Under the pieces are notes generated by a model. It made no database searches and was not told the DNA's origin. It worked only from the letters and a program-made list of their open reading frames with translations. A stretch of 63,786 nt of DNA, filler included, from Octopus bimaculoides (taxonomy: Eukaryota), in assembly GCF_001194135.2 (NCBI RefSeq). It is 3 parts of 3 records of this genome, joined end to end, with 100 filler letters (N's around TTAATTAATTAA, not from the genome) between each part and the next. Parts side by side here need not be neighbours in the genome. Positions count along the whole stretch, not along the records: positions 30,885 to 60,148 come from NC_068981.1; 2 more parts are not named here. One strand, written 5' to 3'. The position numbers and the translations under genes were made by a program. The stretch's first letter is position 1. Each line of letters opens with the position of its first letter. Positions 41,951 to 55,147 of the stretch are shown one piece after another.

Positions 41951-42263
41951 CACCTATACCCTCCATAATTTCCAGATATTTCAAACCCATCTCACTTTTA
42001 TTTATCAAATTCCTCCCTAAATCTCTGCAATTTAGCGTCTTTACTCCGCATTATGTCTACTAATACACGCTTTTCTTTACACTAAGATCACATTAAACGC
42101 CATTCTTAGCTCATAGTTTGCCTTTCATCTGATCATAAGCCTGCTTATATTTATCTTTATTTTGGCATTCTGTTAACCCCCATCTGTATGTGTTAGCAGT
42201 TATCTTTTCTGTTTTGAACAAACGTGTGTCTTTTTCTAGTTCTGGTTTGATTCACTCGTATGC

Positions 42264-42297
<34 letters not shown>

Positions 42298-42817
42298 TTT
42301 TGCATCGCTTCACCTGCATACATGTCTGTTTGCTTAAAAGTGAGTTTTGTATTTCAGAATATCTTTTGCACACGTATAAAGGACATACCGAAATGTATAC
42401 ATTCATAGTGGCTTGTTTGTATACCTTTAAGAATATTTCTATGTACCCATTTGCATTGCTTTTCAGATCTGTTATCTTTTTTTTTCGTATATTCATGTCT
42501 TTTATGTATGTTTATTTTTCTATTCATGTCTGTCGCATAGTATTTTTTTCTTTGTGTGTGTAAGTGTGTGTGAGTGTGTGTGTGTGTGTGTGTGCGTGCG
42601 TGTGATGATTTGCTTATTTGTGTGTACTTGCTTGTATGTAAATATGTGTGTATACAAGATAGTATTACGTATATTTGCAATCTGTGTGCATTTGTATGTA
42701 TCTATCTGTCTATATATGTACATATATGTATAAATACAAATATACATGTATATGTATATGTTTATAATACATACATATTTATACATACATACATATATAT
42801 ATATATANNNNNNNNNN

Positions 42818-42865
<48 letters not shown>

Positions 42866-42866
42866 G

Positions 42867-42908
<42 letters not shown>

Positions 42909-43049
42909 TACATGTATATATATATATATGTACATGCACACATATACAGACCCACACACACGCATACACTCATACACACACGCATACACACACGCATACA
43001 CACATACACACACGCAAGTTTATAAAAATTAACCACGCTGATTAATAAT

Positions 43050-43444
43050 AATAGTTTCAAATTTTGGCACAAGGCCAGCAATTTCAGGAGAAGGATCAAG
43101 ATGATTACATCGCCCTCAGTGTTGACCTGGTATTTATTTTATCGACCCCGAAAATAGGAAAGGTTAATTCGACCTCGACGGAATTTGAAGTCTGAATGTA
43201 AAGATGGACGAAATACCGCTAATCATTTCGCCCTGCGTGCTAATGATTCTTTTCTACTCTAGGCACAAGGCCCGAAATCTTTGGGGAGGGGGCCAGTCGA
43301 TTACCTCAAACCCAGTATGCAACTGCTACTTAATTTATCGACCCCGAAAGGATGAAAGGCAAAGTCGATCTCGGCGGAATTTGACGGACGAAAGACTGTT
43401 AGGGATTTTGCTCGACATGCGAACGATTCTGCCAGCTCGCCGAC

Positions 43445-43445
<1 letters not shown>
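43050..43445 (-). mobile_element. Two tandem tRNA-derived SINE copies
   Basis: TTATCGACCCCGAAA...GACCTCG.CGGAATTTG repeated at ~43140 and ~43335. Confidence 0.8.
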
Positions 43446-43501
<56 letters not shown>

Positions 43502-43504
<3 letters not shown>

Positions 43505-44053
43505 GCTCTGGTGCAGTACCAGGCAGTGTCTCTCATGGCTTCTGATCTTAACTGATTGGAAGCGTTATCATGTACATTGTCTTGGTATAAAAGATGGGCT
43601 ACAATAAATATTCTGCTCAATATCATAGATTTGCCTGTCAGTTGCTTGATGTTAACCAGTTGAACATGTCCCTTAGTGGCTGATGATATGCGCATCTCTG
43701 GTCACGAGTAGAAGTAGTGGGGGAGCATCATAGTCATGTGTTGAGAGGAATTCTTTGGCGTTTGGGTAAGCCACCTTTGAAAACATGGGTGTTTTGTTCA
43801 TCATCCTTAAACAATCTTTATTCAGGGACATTTTTGGTGGGATGGGCTACTCGACCTGAAGAAAATTCTAACCGGGCCCCACCTGCAAGGTCATGCGCTG
43901 TTTATCTTGATATGGGATCACTATATCGCGCCCATATGGTTGCGATGCATATCTCTGGTGTACCTTTATCAGACGGGTAGTCATGATGGGCATACTGGGC
44001 TTCGTATATTTTACACCAGTGTCACTTTGATGGCATGCATTGCTCTCTCACTC
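43502..44053 (+). mobile_element. Full copy of the ~550-bp element, embedded between (AAT)n and (AAC/AAT)n tracts
   Basis: Matches 6327-6883 end to end. Confidence 0.88.
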
Positions 44054-44056
44054 AGC

Positions 44057-44090
<34 letters not shown>

Positions 44091-44145
44091 GCAACAATAA
44101 TAATAATTATAATAATGATAATATTAATAATAATAATAATAATAA

Positions 44146-44201
<56 letters not shown>

Positions 44202-44204
44202 TAA

Positions 44205-44286
<82 letters not shown>

Positions 44287-44533
44287 TAATAACAATAATA
44301 ATAATGATAATAATAATAATAATAAATATTAATAATATATTAACAATTGCAACTAATACGAAGATTAGTACATTTACATATTCTTTTTCGCTTCTACAGT
44401 CAATTATGCAACATATTTGATTCCCTTGCTTGCAATATATACTGGGTGCAGATTGCATAGATAACCAGATGGAGGAGGCTCTTCCTCGAGTTAAAAACTG
44501 TAGAACAGCCATATTGATGTGGCGATAAAAATT

Positions 44534-44565
<32 letters not shown>

Positions 44566-44611
44566 GTATGTATGTATATAAATAAATGCATCCATATATA
44601 CACACACATGT

Positions 44612-45137
44612 ATATATCTATGTGTGTGTGTGTGTCTGTGTCTGTGTTTGTCCTCATCACTGCTACACAACCGGTGTTGATGTGTTTACGCGCCGGTAAA
44701 CTTAGTGGTTCGGAAATAGATACCGATAGAATAAGTACTAGGCTTAAAATATAAGTCCTAGGATCGTCTAAACCCCTTCAATGTGGTGCACCAGCATGGC
44801 CACAGTCAAATAACTGAAACTAGTAAAAGATAAAAGATAAACTAGCACCGGTTGTCAATTAGTGGCTTGGAGACAAACACACACACATAATCACACGCAC
44901 ACATTCACGTATACACATAGACACATATACACACACATACACACACACGCGCATATATATGCACACTCTGCGCTTCCACACAGGTTCCGTCCGCCAAATT
45001 CATTCACAAAACATTGGTCGACGCGGAGCTATAGTATAAGACATTTGCCCAAGGTGCCTGAGCAGTGAGGTGAGACCGAACCCGAAACCACATGGTTGCA
45101 AAGAAAACGTCTTAACCACACAGCCATGCCGGCGCCT
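44612..45137. mobile_element. Two opposed fragments of a SINE with an internal (TG)n tract: plus tail 44612-44840, minus head and middle 44843-45137
   Basis: The tail ...CCAGCATGGCCACAGTCAAAT.ACTGAAAC.AGTAAAAGA also occurs at 16842-16885; tRNA-like head on the minus strand at 45080-45137. Confidence 0.7.
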
Positions 45138-45490
45138 ATTTTTACCCATACCTAACGCCACTGTGTACCCTCGGTATTTGTAAATATATATTCGTACTTA
45201 CCAACTAAATATTCTGAAATCTCAAGAAGCACTTCACATATATACGAAATTAAATATATTTATATTCATATGTGAAGAATATACGCACTTAACATTCCTT
45301 TAAGAGTGTATCTTCAAATATAGACATACAACATCATAACCTTCCTTTTTATTATACCACCCATCAGCTAAGCAGATTCTGACTTACTCAGTACCCCTGT
45401 AGTATCACTGTCTTTCTCTTCATCTGTCCTATCTTTACCCACATTCAACACCGCTTCTCACACTTTGTAGTCTCGATATTTGCAAATACA

Positions 45491-45712
45491 AAGGCGACGA
45501 GCTGGCAGAAACGTTAGCACGTCGGGCGAAATGCTTAGCGGTATTTCGTCTGTCGTTACGTTCTGAGTTCAAATTCCGCCGAGGTCGACTTTGCCTTTCA
45601 TCCTTTTGGGGTCGACAAATTAAGTACCAAAGTACCAGTTGCGTACTTGGGTCGATCTAATCGACTGACCTCCTCCCCCAAATTTCAGGCCTTGTTCCTA
45701 GAGTAGAAAAGA
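45491..45712 (+). mobile_element. Best-preserved copy of the most frequent tRNA-derived SINE family
   Basis: AAGGCGACGAGCTGGCAGAAACGTTAGC...GTTCTGAGTTCAAATTCCGCCGAGGTCGACTTTGCC...; more than 10 related copies or fragments in the window. Confidence 0.88.
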
Positions 45713-45937
45713 ATATATGTAAATACATTTTTCTGTCCGTCTCTATATTTATTCTATTCTCTATTTCTCTCTCTTCTTTCTTAGTGCTCACTCTATTTTT
45801 AAGTACCCTTTCTCTCTTGGTTCACCCTCCTCTTCTACTCTCTTATTATTTTTCTCTTCTACTCTTCCATTACCTTCTCCTTACGGTGCTTCTTTTCTCT
45901 TACCTCTTCTTCATCATACCTCCGCACGCACATGTCT

Positions 45938-46018
<81 letters not shown>

Positions 46019-46399
46019 CACGCATGCACACACACACACACACGCTTGGACGAACGCGTACATGCACTCACATACGCATACATGCACACACACACGAATA
46101 CACACACACACATGCGTGTTCATTCATATGTACATTCGCATGCATGTACACATGCATGCCAGTGTGCGCGTGCACATGCGCATGCGCACGCGTGCGTGCG
46201 TGCGTGAGTACACACGCGCAAAACAAGCGTTGGAGATTGGTAAGTGTTGGGGATTGGTATGCGTTGGCGGTTGGTAAACGTTGGGGATTGGTAAATGACA
46301 AACCTGCTCATGGGGTTGGTTGGTAGCAGTGATCTTGGTGCAGGCGGTATAGAGTAGCAGCTGGTGGTAAGGTAGTATATCCGGGTTGTCGGCAATCAA

Positions 46400-47030
46400 A
46401 GGCCTGAAATTTGCCAGAAGAGCATATCTCTAGTGACAGCAATACGATAAATCGTATTGCTTGTTGATGGATATTGCTGGTTGATGGATATGCAGTTTTT
46501 CGCGGATGCAGAGCTGGCAGCTGAGGGCACTGGGTAAATATGGTGGCGCTCTGTCGACAATAGTCTACTTGATGCTGGGTATTTCATCTCGGAGATCACG
46601 GAGTCTCCAGAGAAAAAGAGACAAGAAAGTAGAGTTCTCACTGTCCCTGGATTTGAATGAGTGCATATGCTGGGAGCATCTCCCCTTGAAGTCATTAGCT
46701 GTCATCCCCGTATAGTGCCTAGTAATGCCATCGGATGGTGTAAGGGCAGCACTGTAGCCGTTGAGAGACAAGATCCTTCTAGAGGGCACATGGTGGGGTT
46801 TCGGAAGTTGCAGGTTGGGGTGGGTGCATTTTTACGTCTGTTGCTGCGTGCAATGTTAGATGGGATGTTGTCTAAGCAAGAGCAGCTCACTTTGACATCA
46901 TGGAGACTGATAAGTTTGTAATACTTATGGCCTTTGGGGAAGTGTTTCTTGATTAACGACAGGATGCCCCTAGCAAAGTTGGTGACCTTCCTCGACCAAT
47001 CGCAACCCACCTTACGGTAATAACAACCAA
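46400..47030 (-). mobile_element. Third Penelope-like GIY-YIG remnant
   Basis: NFARGILSLIKKHFPKGHKYYKL...KVSCSCLDN...CNFRNPTMCPLEGSCLST; HYTGMTANDFKGRCSQHMHSFK..NSTFLSLFLWRLRD (ORFs 46702-47040, 46565-46789). Confidence 0.9.
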
Positions 47031-47714
47031 CTCCTGTCATTTAAATTCAAAGTGGCTGACTACTCAAGGGTACCAACGAATTTTGAATCAAGCTGTTTTG
47101 ATCCATATATATATATATATATATATATATANNNNNNNNNNNNNNNNNNNNNNNNNNNNNNNNNNNNNNNNNNNNNNNNNNNNNNNNNNNNNNNNNNNNN
47201 NNNNNNNNNNNNNNNNNNNNNNNNNNNNNNNNNNNNNNNNNNNNNNNNNNNNNNNNNNNNNNNNNNNNNNNNNNNNNNNNNNNNNNNNNNNNNNNNNNNN
47301 NNNNNNNNNNNNNNNNNNNNNNNNNNNNNNNNNNNNNNNNNNNNNNNNNNNNNNNNNNNNNNNNNNNNNNNNNNNNNNNNNNNNNNNNNNNNNNNNNNNN
47401 NNNNNNNNNNNNNNNNNNNNNNNNNNNNNNNNNNNNNNNNNNNNNNNNNNNNNNNNNNNNNNNNNNNNNNNNNNNNNNNNNNNNNNNNNNNNNNNNNNNN
47501 NNNNNNNNNNNNNNNNNNNNNNNATATATATATATATATACATAAATGCATGTACAGATATATTTATTTATATGAAAATACATATATATAATGTATACTT
47601 AAATATATAAATATATGTACATATAGACATATAGACATGTATATACGTATGCACATGTGCATTTATACGTATATAATATATATTTTCATCAGAATATACA
47701 TATGTATATGTATT

Positions 47715-48230
47715 CCTCTTGATGACTTCTGATACTGTTCCCAAGGACCCAACAATAATTGGCACTATCTTTCCCTTCTTCATTTTCCATGGCCGAGCTA
47801 TTTCGTACTTAAGAGGGTTGTATCCATCTATCTTTTCCCCTTCCTTCTTGACTATTCGTGGGTCAAAACGGCATCCAACGTCAACTATATAGCATATGTG
47901 GTGCACCACTAGATCTGGTCTGTTATGCTCTAGTACTTGAACTGTTTGGATTGGGAAATACCAGAGGATTTTGCTAGTCTGTGACTCTGTAACTTTCTGC
48001 GGTTTGTGCTCATACCACGTCTTGCCTCACTCTAGCCCCCCCCCCACTTTTCGCACAGTTTCCAATGTAGTATTTTCGCTACTTGGTCGTGTCGTAACAA
48101 CTTGTAGTGGTTTTGGGAAAGTCTAGGCCATTCGTTCGTGATATGGCCAATGATTTCATCCACTCTATTACAGATGCGGCACAGCGGAGACATTTGCTCA
48201 TTCCTCAGGTTGACCCTTCATTTCGTGGCT
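47715..48230 (-). mobile_element. R4/Dong-type LINE 3' fragment
   Basis: PLCRICNRVDEIIGHI...RHDQVAKILHWKLC; WYEHKPQKV...HNRPDLVV...VDVGCRFD...EKIDGY..LKYEI...VPIIVGSLG. Confidence 0.88.
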
Positions 48231-48238
48231 TATTATTA

Positions 48239-48325
<87 letters not shown>

Positions 48326-48335
48326 NNNNNNNNNN

Positions 48336-48391
<56 letters not shown>

Positions 48392-48945
48392 GAGTGAGAG
48401 AGCAGTGCCTGCTATCAAAGTGACACTGGGGTAAAACATCCGAAGCCAATTATACCCATCATGACTACCCGTCTGATAAGGGTACACCAGGCACATGCAT
48501 CACAACCATATGTGCGTGACATGGTGATCTCATATCAAGATAAACAGTGCATGACCTCGTCGGTGGGGCCCAGTTAGAATTTTCTTCATGTCGAGTAGCC
48601 GATCCCGCTCAAAAGGTCCCTGAATAAAGTTTGTTTAAGGATGTTGAGGAAAACACCCATGTTTCCAAAGGTGAATTATTCAAACCCCAAAGAATCCCTC
48701 TCAACACATGACTATGATGCCCTCTCACTACTTCTGCTCATGATCAGAGATGCACATATCATCAGCCACCAAGGGACATGCTCAACTGGTTATGGTCAAT
48801 CAACTGACAAGCAAATCTGTGGTATTAAGCAGAATATTTGCTGTAGCCAATCTTTTTATACCAAGACAAAACAATGTACATGATAACACTTCCAATCAAT
48901 TAAGATCAGAAGCCATGAGAGCCACTGTCTGGTACTGCATCCGGG
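48392..48945 (-). mobile_element. Full reverse copy of the ~550-bp element, between (TAT)n-rich tracts
   Basis: Reverse complement matches 43502-44053. Confidence 0.88.
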
Positions 48946-48983
48946 AATTATTATTCTTCTTATTCTTATTATTATCATTATTC

Positions 48984-49017
<34 letters not shown>

Positions 49018-49667
49018 CAGCAGCAGTGTTCATATTGTTATCGTTGCTAAATTTACATCTATATCCTGACTTTTCCATTACTTGAATTTCTATTTACTCA
49101 AAGGAGAAAACTCTGTTGTTTTAATTGCAACTCAGTATAACTCACCGGAGCAAATTTGCCTAAAATATTTGAAATGTATTGAATGGAACTGGGAGCTAGG
49201 AATTCACCATAATTGACAGACTAATAAATTCTCGCTCTCTCAAAGATAGCTTCAATTCAGTGGTTGCTATAGGTAATCAATATTTTTAACCAACACTAAA
49301 CTGACATGTTTAGTTGAAGCAATAAGTAATTGAAATGACACAAATCTAGATATCTTGTTGATTGATGGTTGTCTTCAAAACCCGAGGCAAGGAACGTCTG
49401 CATGTCTCGTATATGTTTGTTTGTATGTATGTATGTATGTATGTATGTATGTATGCATGTATGTATGTGTGTATGTATGTATATAAATGTATATATATAT
49501 GTGTGTGTGTGTATGTGTGTGTATGTGTGTGTATGTGTGTATGTATGTATGTATGTATCTATGTAAATATATAACTGTATATATGTGTATGTAAGTAAAT
49601 GAATATACGTATGTATGTACACATATGTATAAATATATATATATATTTATATGTATATATATATATA

Positions 49668-49922
49668 TGTTGCTGTACTTGGGGATGGTCATATTGCCAG
49701 TTTAGCCAATAAAAACACACGCATCGTATATTTGGTGTTAATTTACTTCAGCTTTATGTTACATTATAATGTAATGTAATGTAATATAAAGCTGAAGCAA
49801 ATTAACACCAAATATACAGTGCGTGTGTTTTTATTGGCTAAACTGGCAATATGATCATCCCCAAGTACAACAACATTTGTTTCAACACACGATTTCACAT
49901 CAAAAATCTTGCAAAACAAATA
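49668..49922 (+). mobile_element. Near-perfect ~100-bp-arm hairpin (49668-49875) plus an unpaired coding-like tail; probable PLE inverted terminal structure
   Basis: Arms pair at about 95% around a TAATG-repeat centre. The tail translates IPKYNNICFNTRFHIKNLAKQI, shared with 57085-57150. Confidence 0.75.
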
Positions 49923-50024
49923 TATATATATACATACACATNNNNNNNNNNCATCAAAAATCTTGCAAAACAAATATATATATATATATACACATACATA
50001 TACATTTTTATCTTGTATGTGTGG

Positions 50025-50102
<78 letters not shown>

Positions 50103-50107
50103 ATACC

Positions 50108-51960
50108 TTCTTCTATTCGTTTTGGCCATGTGGCTGCGGTCATGCTGGACGATCACCGTAATTTTGTACATTTACATACCATTCATCATTGGCTGATTTC
50201 TTCATGGTGGTGACATTTCATATCATCCTTCCTATATGTGCTTTCCCCTTTGTTGTTGGCTCCTTTGGTATATGAAGGAGTTTGACACTGCTGCCTTCGT
50301 CTGTACCTCTTGTCGGGGCTGTTGGTTCATCAAGTATTACGGAGAAGAGAATGCTCAGTTCCTTTTTGAAGACATCCGCATCCACATTGTGTAGGTTTCT
50401 TAATTATTTTTGGCAGGGTATTGAAGAGTTGTGGGCCTTTGAAACCTACTCTATCGCAGTACCCAGTCCTGACTTTAGATGGAGTGGACAGTACCTTCGG
50501 TACAATATAATGGCGTCCACTCAATGCCGAAATTAGATACTAGCCCTTCAAGAATTTTCTATGTGTAGATTATTACATATCTGTCTCAACTTCGCACCAG
50601 GGAGTAAAGTCGTTATTTTTTAAGCCTCTACCTCTAGCTCATTTGTTGCACTCTTACGATCTTTTTAGTTTAGTGACGTTGAACCACTTTAAGCTCTGCT
50701 GTTAGTTTGGCGGTATGTGGTGACCACATTTAAGAACAGTAATCCAGGCAGCTGGGAACAAAAGTCCCCCGCAGGGTCAACACGGCATTTTGGTGTCTTG
50801 TCTTGAAGGACTTTAGTATTCATCCTGCCAGTTGTCTGCACTTTGTTGCCATCTTGATGATGTGCATATGAAATGGTGTATCATTACACATAGTGGTCCT
50901 CAAGCCTCACTGTCTGTGTCTCTGGGATTGCAGTACCTTCGGATTCGGTATATGCAGGCTGTGGTGCATTTACGTGTTGATAGAGCAGTATTTGAATTTT
51001 TTCATCATTAACCTGCATGTTGTTTTTTCAGCCCATTTGTATATTGCATTTAGCTCCCAATGTAAGCTTGACATTGTCTAGGTTCTTTATTGCCCGTGAT
51101 AATTTTGTATCATCAGTGTAGCTAGTGACAGTGGCTGTCAGAGTGATCATGGGCATGTATAAGAGAGTTATTATAAACAGTAATGGCCCCAAGATAGTTC
51201 CTTGGGGGATGCCACTCAAAATTTGTATTCCCTCAGAGAGGGCACCATTGGCTGTAATTGCATGACTTCTTTCTTTTAGGAAGTTATGTAGTCACTCTTC
51301 CAGTTTACCAGCTATAGCAAGGTCTCACAGCTTTTGACCATGATGTTATTAGTTCATATGCCATGAATATTATCAGTTTCTGATGATTCATTCCATGACT
51401 TTACTGATATGCAAAGTCAGGGAGATTTGCCTGTAGATTTTAGCTTCTGCTCTGCTCCCATCTTTGTGGACAGGGCATGTATTGCCTTCGTTTAGCTTAT
51501 TAGGAAGTTTACCACTTGCAAAGAAACTCTTGAAAAGTATCTAAAGTGGTTTCGCTAAAGCCTGGTAACATGATTTCAGAGGGAATAACTGGGAAGCCAC
51601 CGGGACCAGCTGCTGAGCAATGACCACCGTTGCATCAGCTTCCATAATGTCAATGTAATCGATGGTTGCCGCTCTCGTCAGCAGAGCTGCAATGTTTAAG
51701 ACTTCAGCCGAAATTTTTATTCGCATGTGTCCCAGTGAGGAGGCGAAGACACTTTTAAATTGTTCACAAATAACTTCACTTATCCATTTCGGGTTCGCGG
51801 TGAGTGAGCCAGTTCCTTGGAACAAAGGTCCTAATTTATATCGTACTGTAGCTGCTTCCTTTGAACATTTATAGAAAGCCTCAGAATTTGCTTTTATGCT
51901 TTCCACAGCTCTCTTCTATCGCCTGCGAGAGTCCACGTCTTAGGTTTCAGGAAATATATG
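50108..51960 (-). mobile_element. CR1-clade LINE remnant (RT and 3' end)
   Basis: IKANSEAFYK...LGPL...EQFKSVF; GIPQGTILGPLLF; SYTDDTKL; GPQLFNTLPK. Confidence 0.9.
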
Positions 51961-53250
51961 GATCTCTAGAAAGTGACATTATCATGATTCGGTTATCATT
52001 AATATATTTGATTATTATTACATATATATTTTCTGTGATGCTCCAACAGACTCGTCTGAAACAAACCTGCTAAGATGAGCCTGTCGGTTCTGAGAGTTAT
52101 TGTTGGTCGTCTTGATGCAGTGTTGCTAAGGTGATCGATTCCATTCAAATCCTTACCAGCAGACCACCGAGTTTATGTCAAAGTCAATTATTTAACAGTT
52201 CAGTCAAAGTAGCCATATGTATGTATGTATGTATGTATGCATGTATGTATGTATGTATGTATGTATGTATGTATGTATGTATGTATGTATGTACACGCAC
52301 GTGGGCACACACACGCACGCACGCACGCACGCACGCACGCACNNNNNNNNNNNNNNNNNNNNNNNNNNNNNNNNNNNNNNNNNNNNNNNNNNNNNNNNNN
52401 NNNNNNNNNNNNNNNNNNNNNNNNNNNNNNNNNNNNNNNNNNNNNNNNNNNNNNNNNNNNNNNNNNNNNNNNNNNNNNNNNNNNNNNNNNNNNNNNNNNN
52501 NNNNNNNNNNNNNNNNNNNNNNNNNNNNNNNNNNNNNNNNNNNNNNNNNNNNNNNNNNNNNNNNNNNNNNNNNNNNNNNNNNNNNNNNNNNNNNNNNNNN
52601 NNNNNNNNNNNNNNNNNNNNNNNNNNNNNNNNNNNNNNNNNNNNNNNNNNNNNNNNNNNNNNNNNNNNNNNNNNNNNNNNNNNNNNNNNNNNNNNNNNNN
52701 NNNNNNNNNNNNNNNNNNNNNNNNNNNNNNNNNNNNNNNNNNNNNNNNNNNNNNNNNNNNNNNNNNNNNNNNNNNNNNNNNNNNNNNNNNNNNNNNNNNN
52801 NNNNNNNNNNNNNNNNNNNNNNNNNNNNNNNNNNNNNNNNNNNNNNNNNNNNNNNNNNNNNNNNNNNNNNNNNNNNNNNNNNNNNNNNNNNNNNNNNNNN
52901 NNNNNNNNNNNNNNNNNNNNNNNNNNNNNNNNNNNNNNNNNNNNNNNNNNNNNNNNNNNNNNNNNNNNNNNNNNNNNNNNNNNNNNNNNNNNNNNNNNNN
53001 NNNNNNNNNNNNNNNNNNNNNNNNNNNNNNNNNNNNNNNNNNNNNNNNNNNNNNNNNNNNNNNTCACACGCACACACAAGCACGGACTTACGCACGTGCA
53101 CACACATACATACATACATACATATATATACATACGTGTGTATTTATATATATAAAAATTTATATAAATGAAGATCGTTGTTTAAAATACCGATCTTCTC
53201 AGGTGGCCAGCATGGGAATAAAAGCCTCAAAGGTAATAATTATTATTAAA

Positions 53251-53511
53251 ATTATAATTAAGGGTATCTAAGAGATACCACCATGCTAGATATAGCAGCC
53301 AAGACTTGACTTTAAAACCGCATTAAATGTTCATACAACACCAGGAGAGAAGACAAAGAGACAAAATAAACTAGATAGTTGATTTTGCTAGTTTATTTTG
53401 TCTCTTTGTCTTTTCTCCTGGTGCTGTATGAACATTTAATGTGATTTTAGAATCAAGTTTTGGCTGCTATATCTAGCATGGTAGTATCTCTTAGATACCC
53501 TTAATTATAAT
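53251..53511. mobile_element. Hairpin MITE with ~124-bp arms and a 13-nt loop, TTAA|GG...CC|TTAA ends (Kolobok-like)
   Basis: Arms 53251-53374 and 53388-53511 are reverse complements at about 90%; TTAA at 53258-53261 and 53501-53504. Confidence 0.75.
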
Positions 53512-53558
53512 ATATATATATGTATAATTTCGAATTTGTGTGAATGTGTATAGAATAA

Positions 53559-54183
53559 TAGTCGAATAAAGTTAAAACATGTTCTGGTTTTCATGTTTCT
53601 TATTATGGTATTTTAGCATAAAAAAAAATTATTTTGTAATGTTCATAAAGTTAAATTACCGCTTTCATACATAGTGTACTCATCAAATTTCAAAAGTGTT
53701 TAACTGACAGTTGAGTTCTGGCCAACTTTAGTACCTGTTAGAACGCTCCAACTAGCTGAATTTTTAGAATACCTTTTTAACCAATCCGCACGCGCTTAAC
53801 CATCACTGTTTGTCAGGTGCACCGATATTCAGTAACTCAGTTTATATTTATTAATCCACATAATTAACTGGTTGTTATATTATTGCTGTTATTTCCGTTC
53901 AGAACAGGTTTAAACATTTTGAAAAACCGTGATGTTTAAGAGCATGCGGATTGGTCAAAAAGGTATTCTAAAAATTCAGCTGACTGGAGAGTTCTAAAAG
54001 GTGCTAAAGTTGTCAAGAACTCAACTGTCAGTTAAACACATTTGAATCTGACGAGTACACTGTGTTTGAAGACACTAATTTAACTTTATGAGCATTACAA
54101 AATATTTTTTTTTAATGTTAAAATGTTAAAATACCATAATAACAAACGTGAAAATCAGACCATGTTTTAACTTTATTCAACTG
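53559..54183. mobile_element. MITE with ~255-bp TIRs and Tc1-like CAGT...ACTG termini
   Basis: (T)AGTCGAATAAAGTTAAAACATG... pairs with ...CATGTTTTAACTTTATTCAACTG; arms ~53559-53815 and ~53921-54183. Confidence 0.75.
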
Positions 54184-54543
54184 ACACACACACACACACA
54201 CAGCTAAAAAGCAGTCAAAGACATTGACTGTGTTTCGCTGTCAAACCACACAGTCAGTAGTATCAGTGCATAAGCGCCAAATAGTGATTAGGTATGTTTT
54301 TTTTTTTTTAGTTAAAGCTACGGCTTTAAATCTACCCAGAGTTACCCCCGTTCATTATCTCCCACTAAGGAAACCTAAAAAGCCAGTCTGGGTATCCGAC
54401 TGGGGGAAGCACTGGGTAGATACAGTACTATAATACCTTTTGCCACAAGAGAGTGTTTTATCTCTACGGTAACTGCATGGAATTTGCCTTCAGAATTTGA
54501 AGTATGTCGCAAACATATTCTAAGCAACTTAAAGTTCATGTGC

Positions 54544-54610
<67 letters not shown>

Positions 54611-55147
54611 NNNNNNNNNNNNNNNNNNNNNNNNNNNNNNNNNNNNNNNNNNNNNNNNNNNNNNNNNNNNNNNNNNNNNNNNNNNNNNNNNNNNNNNNNN
54701 NNNNNNNNNNNNNNNNNNNNNNNNNNNNNNNNNNNNNNNNNNNNNNNNNNNNNNNNNNNNNNNNNNNNNNNNNNNNNNNNNNNNNNNNNNNNNNNNNNNN
54801 NNNNNNNNNNNNNNNNNNNNNNNNNNNNNNNNNNNNNNNNNNNNNNNNNNNNNNNNNNNNNNNNNNNNNNNNNNNNNNNNNNNNNNNNNNNNNNNNNNNN
54901 NNNNNNNNNNNNNNNNNNNNNNNNNNNNNNNNNNNNNNNNNNNNNNNNNNNNNNNNNNNNNNNNNNNNNNNNNNNNNNNNNNNNNNNNNNNNNNNNNNNN
55001 NNNNNNNNNNNNNNNNNNNNNNNNNNNNNNNNNNNNNNNNNNNNNNNNNNNNNNNNNNNNNNNNNNNNNNNNNNNNNNNNNNNNNNNNNNNNNNNNNNNN
55101 NNNNNNNNNNNNNNNNCACACACTCACACATACACACACACACGCAC

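Noticed and set aside
43399-43695. Similar ORFs at 43399-43695 and 48750-49085 (MHISSATKGH...)
   Set aside because: The similarity only reflects two copies of the 550-bp element; the frames break differently and I saw no synonymous bias.
49952-49980. Second copy of the hairpin tail CATCAAAAATCTTGCAAAACAAAT
   Set aside because: It flanks a 10-N gap and duplicates the sequence before it; likely contig-overlap artefact.
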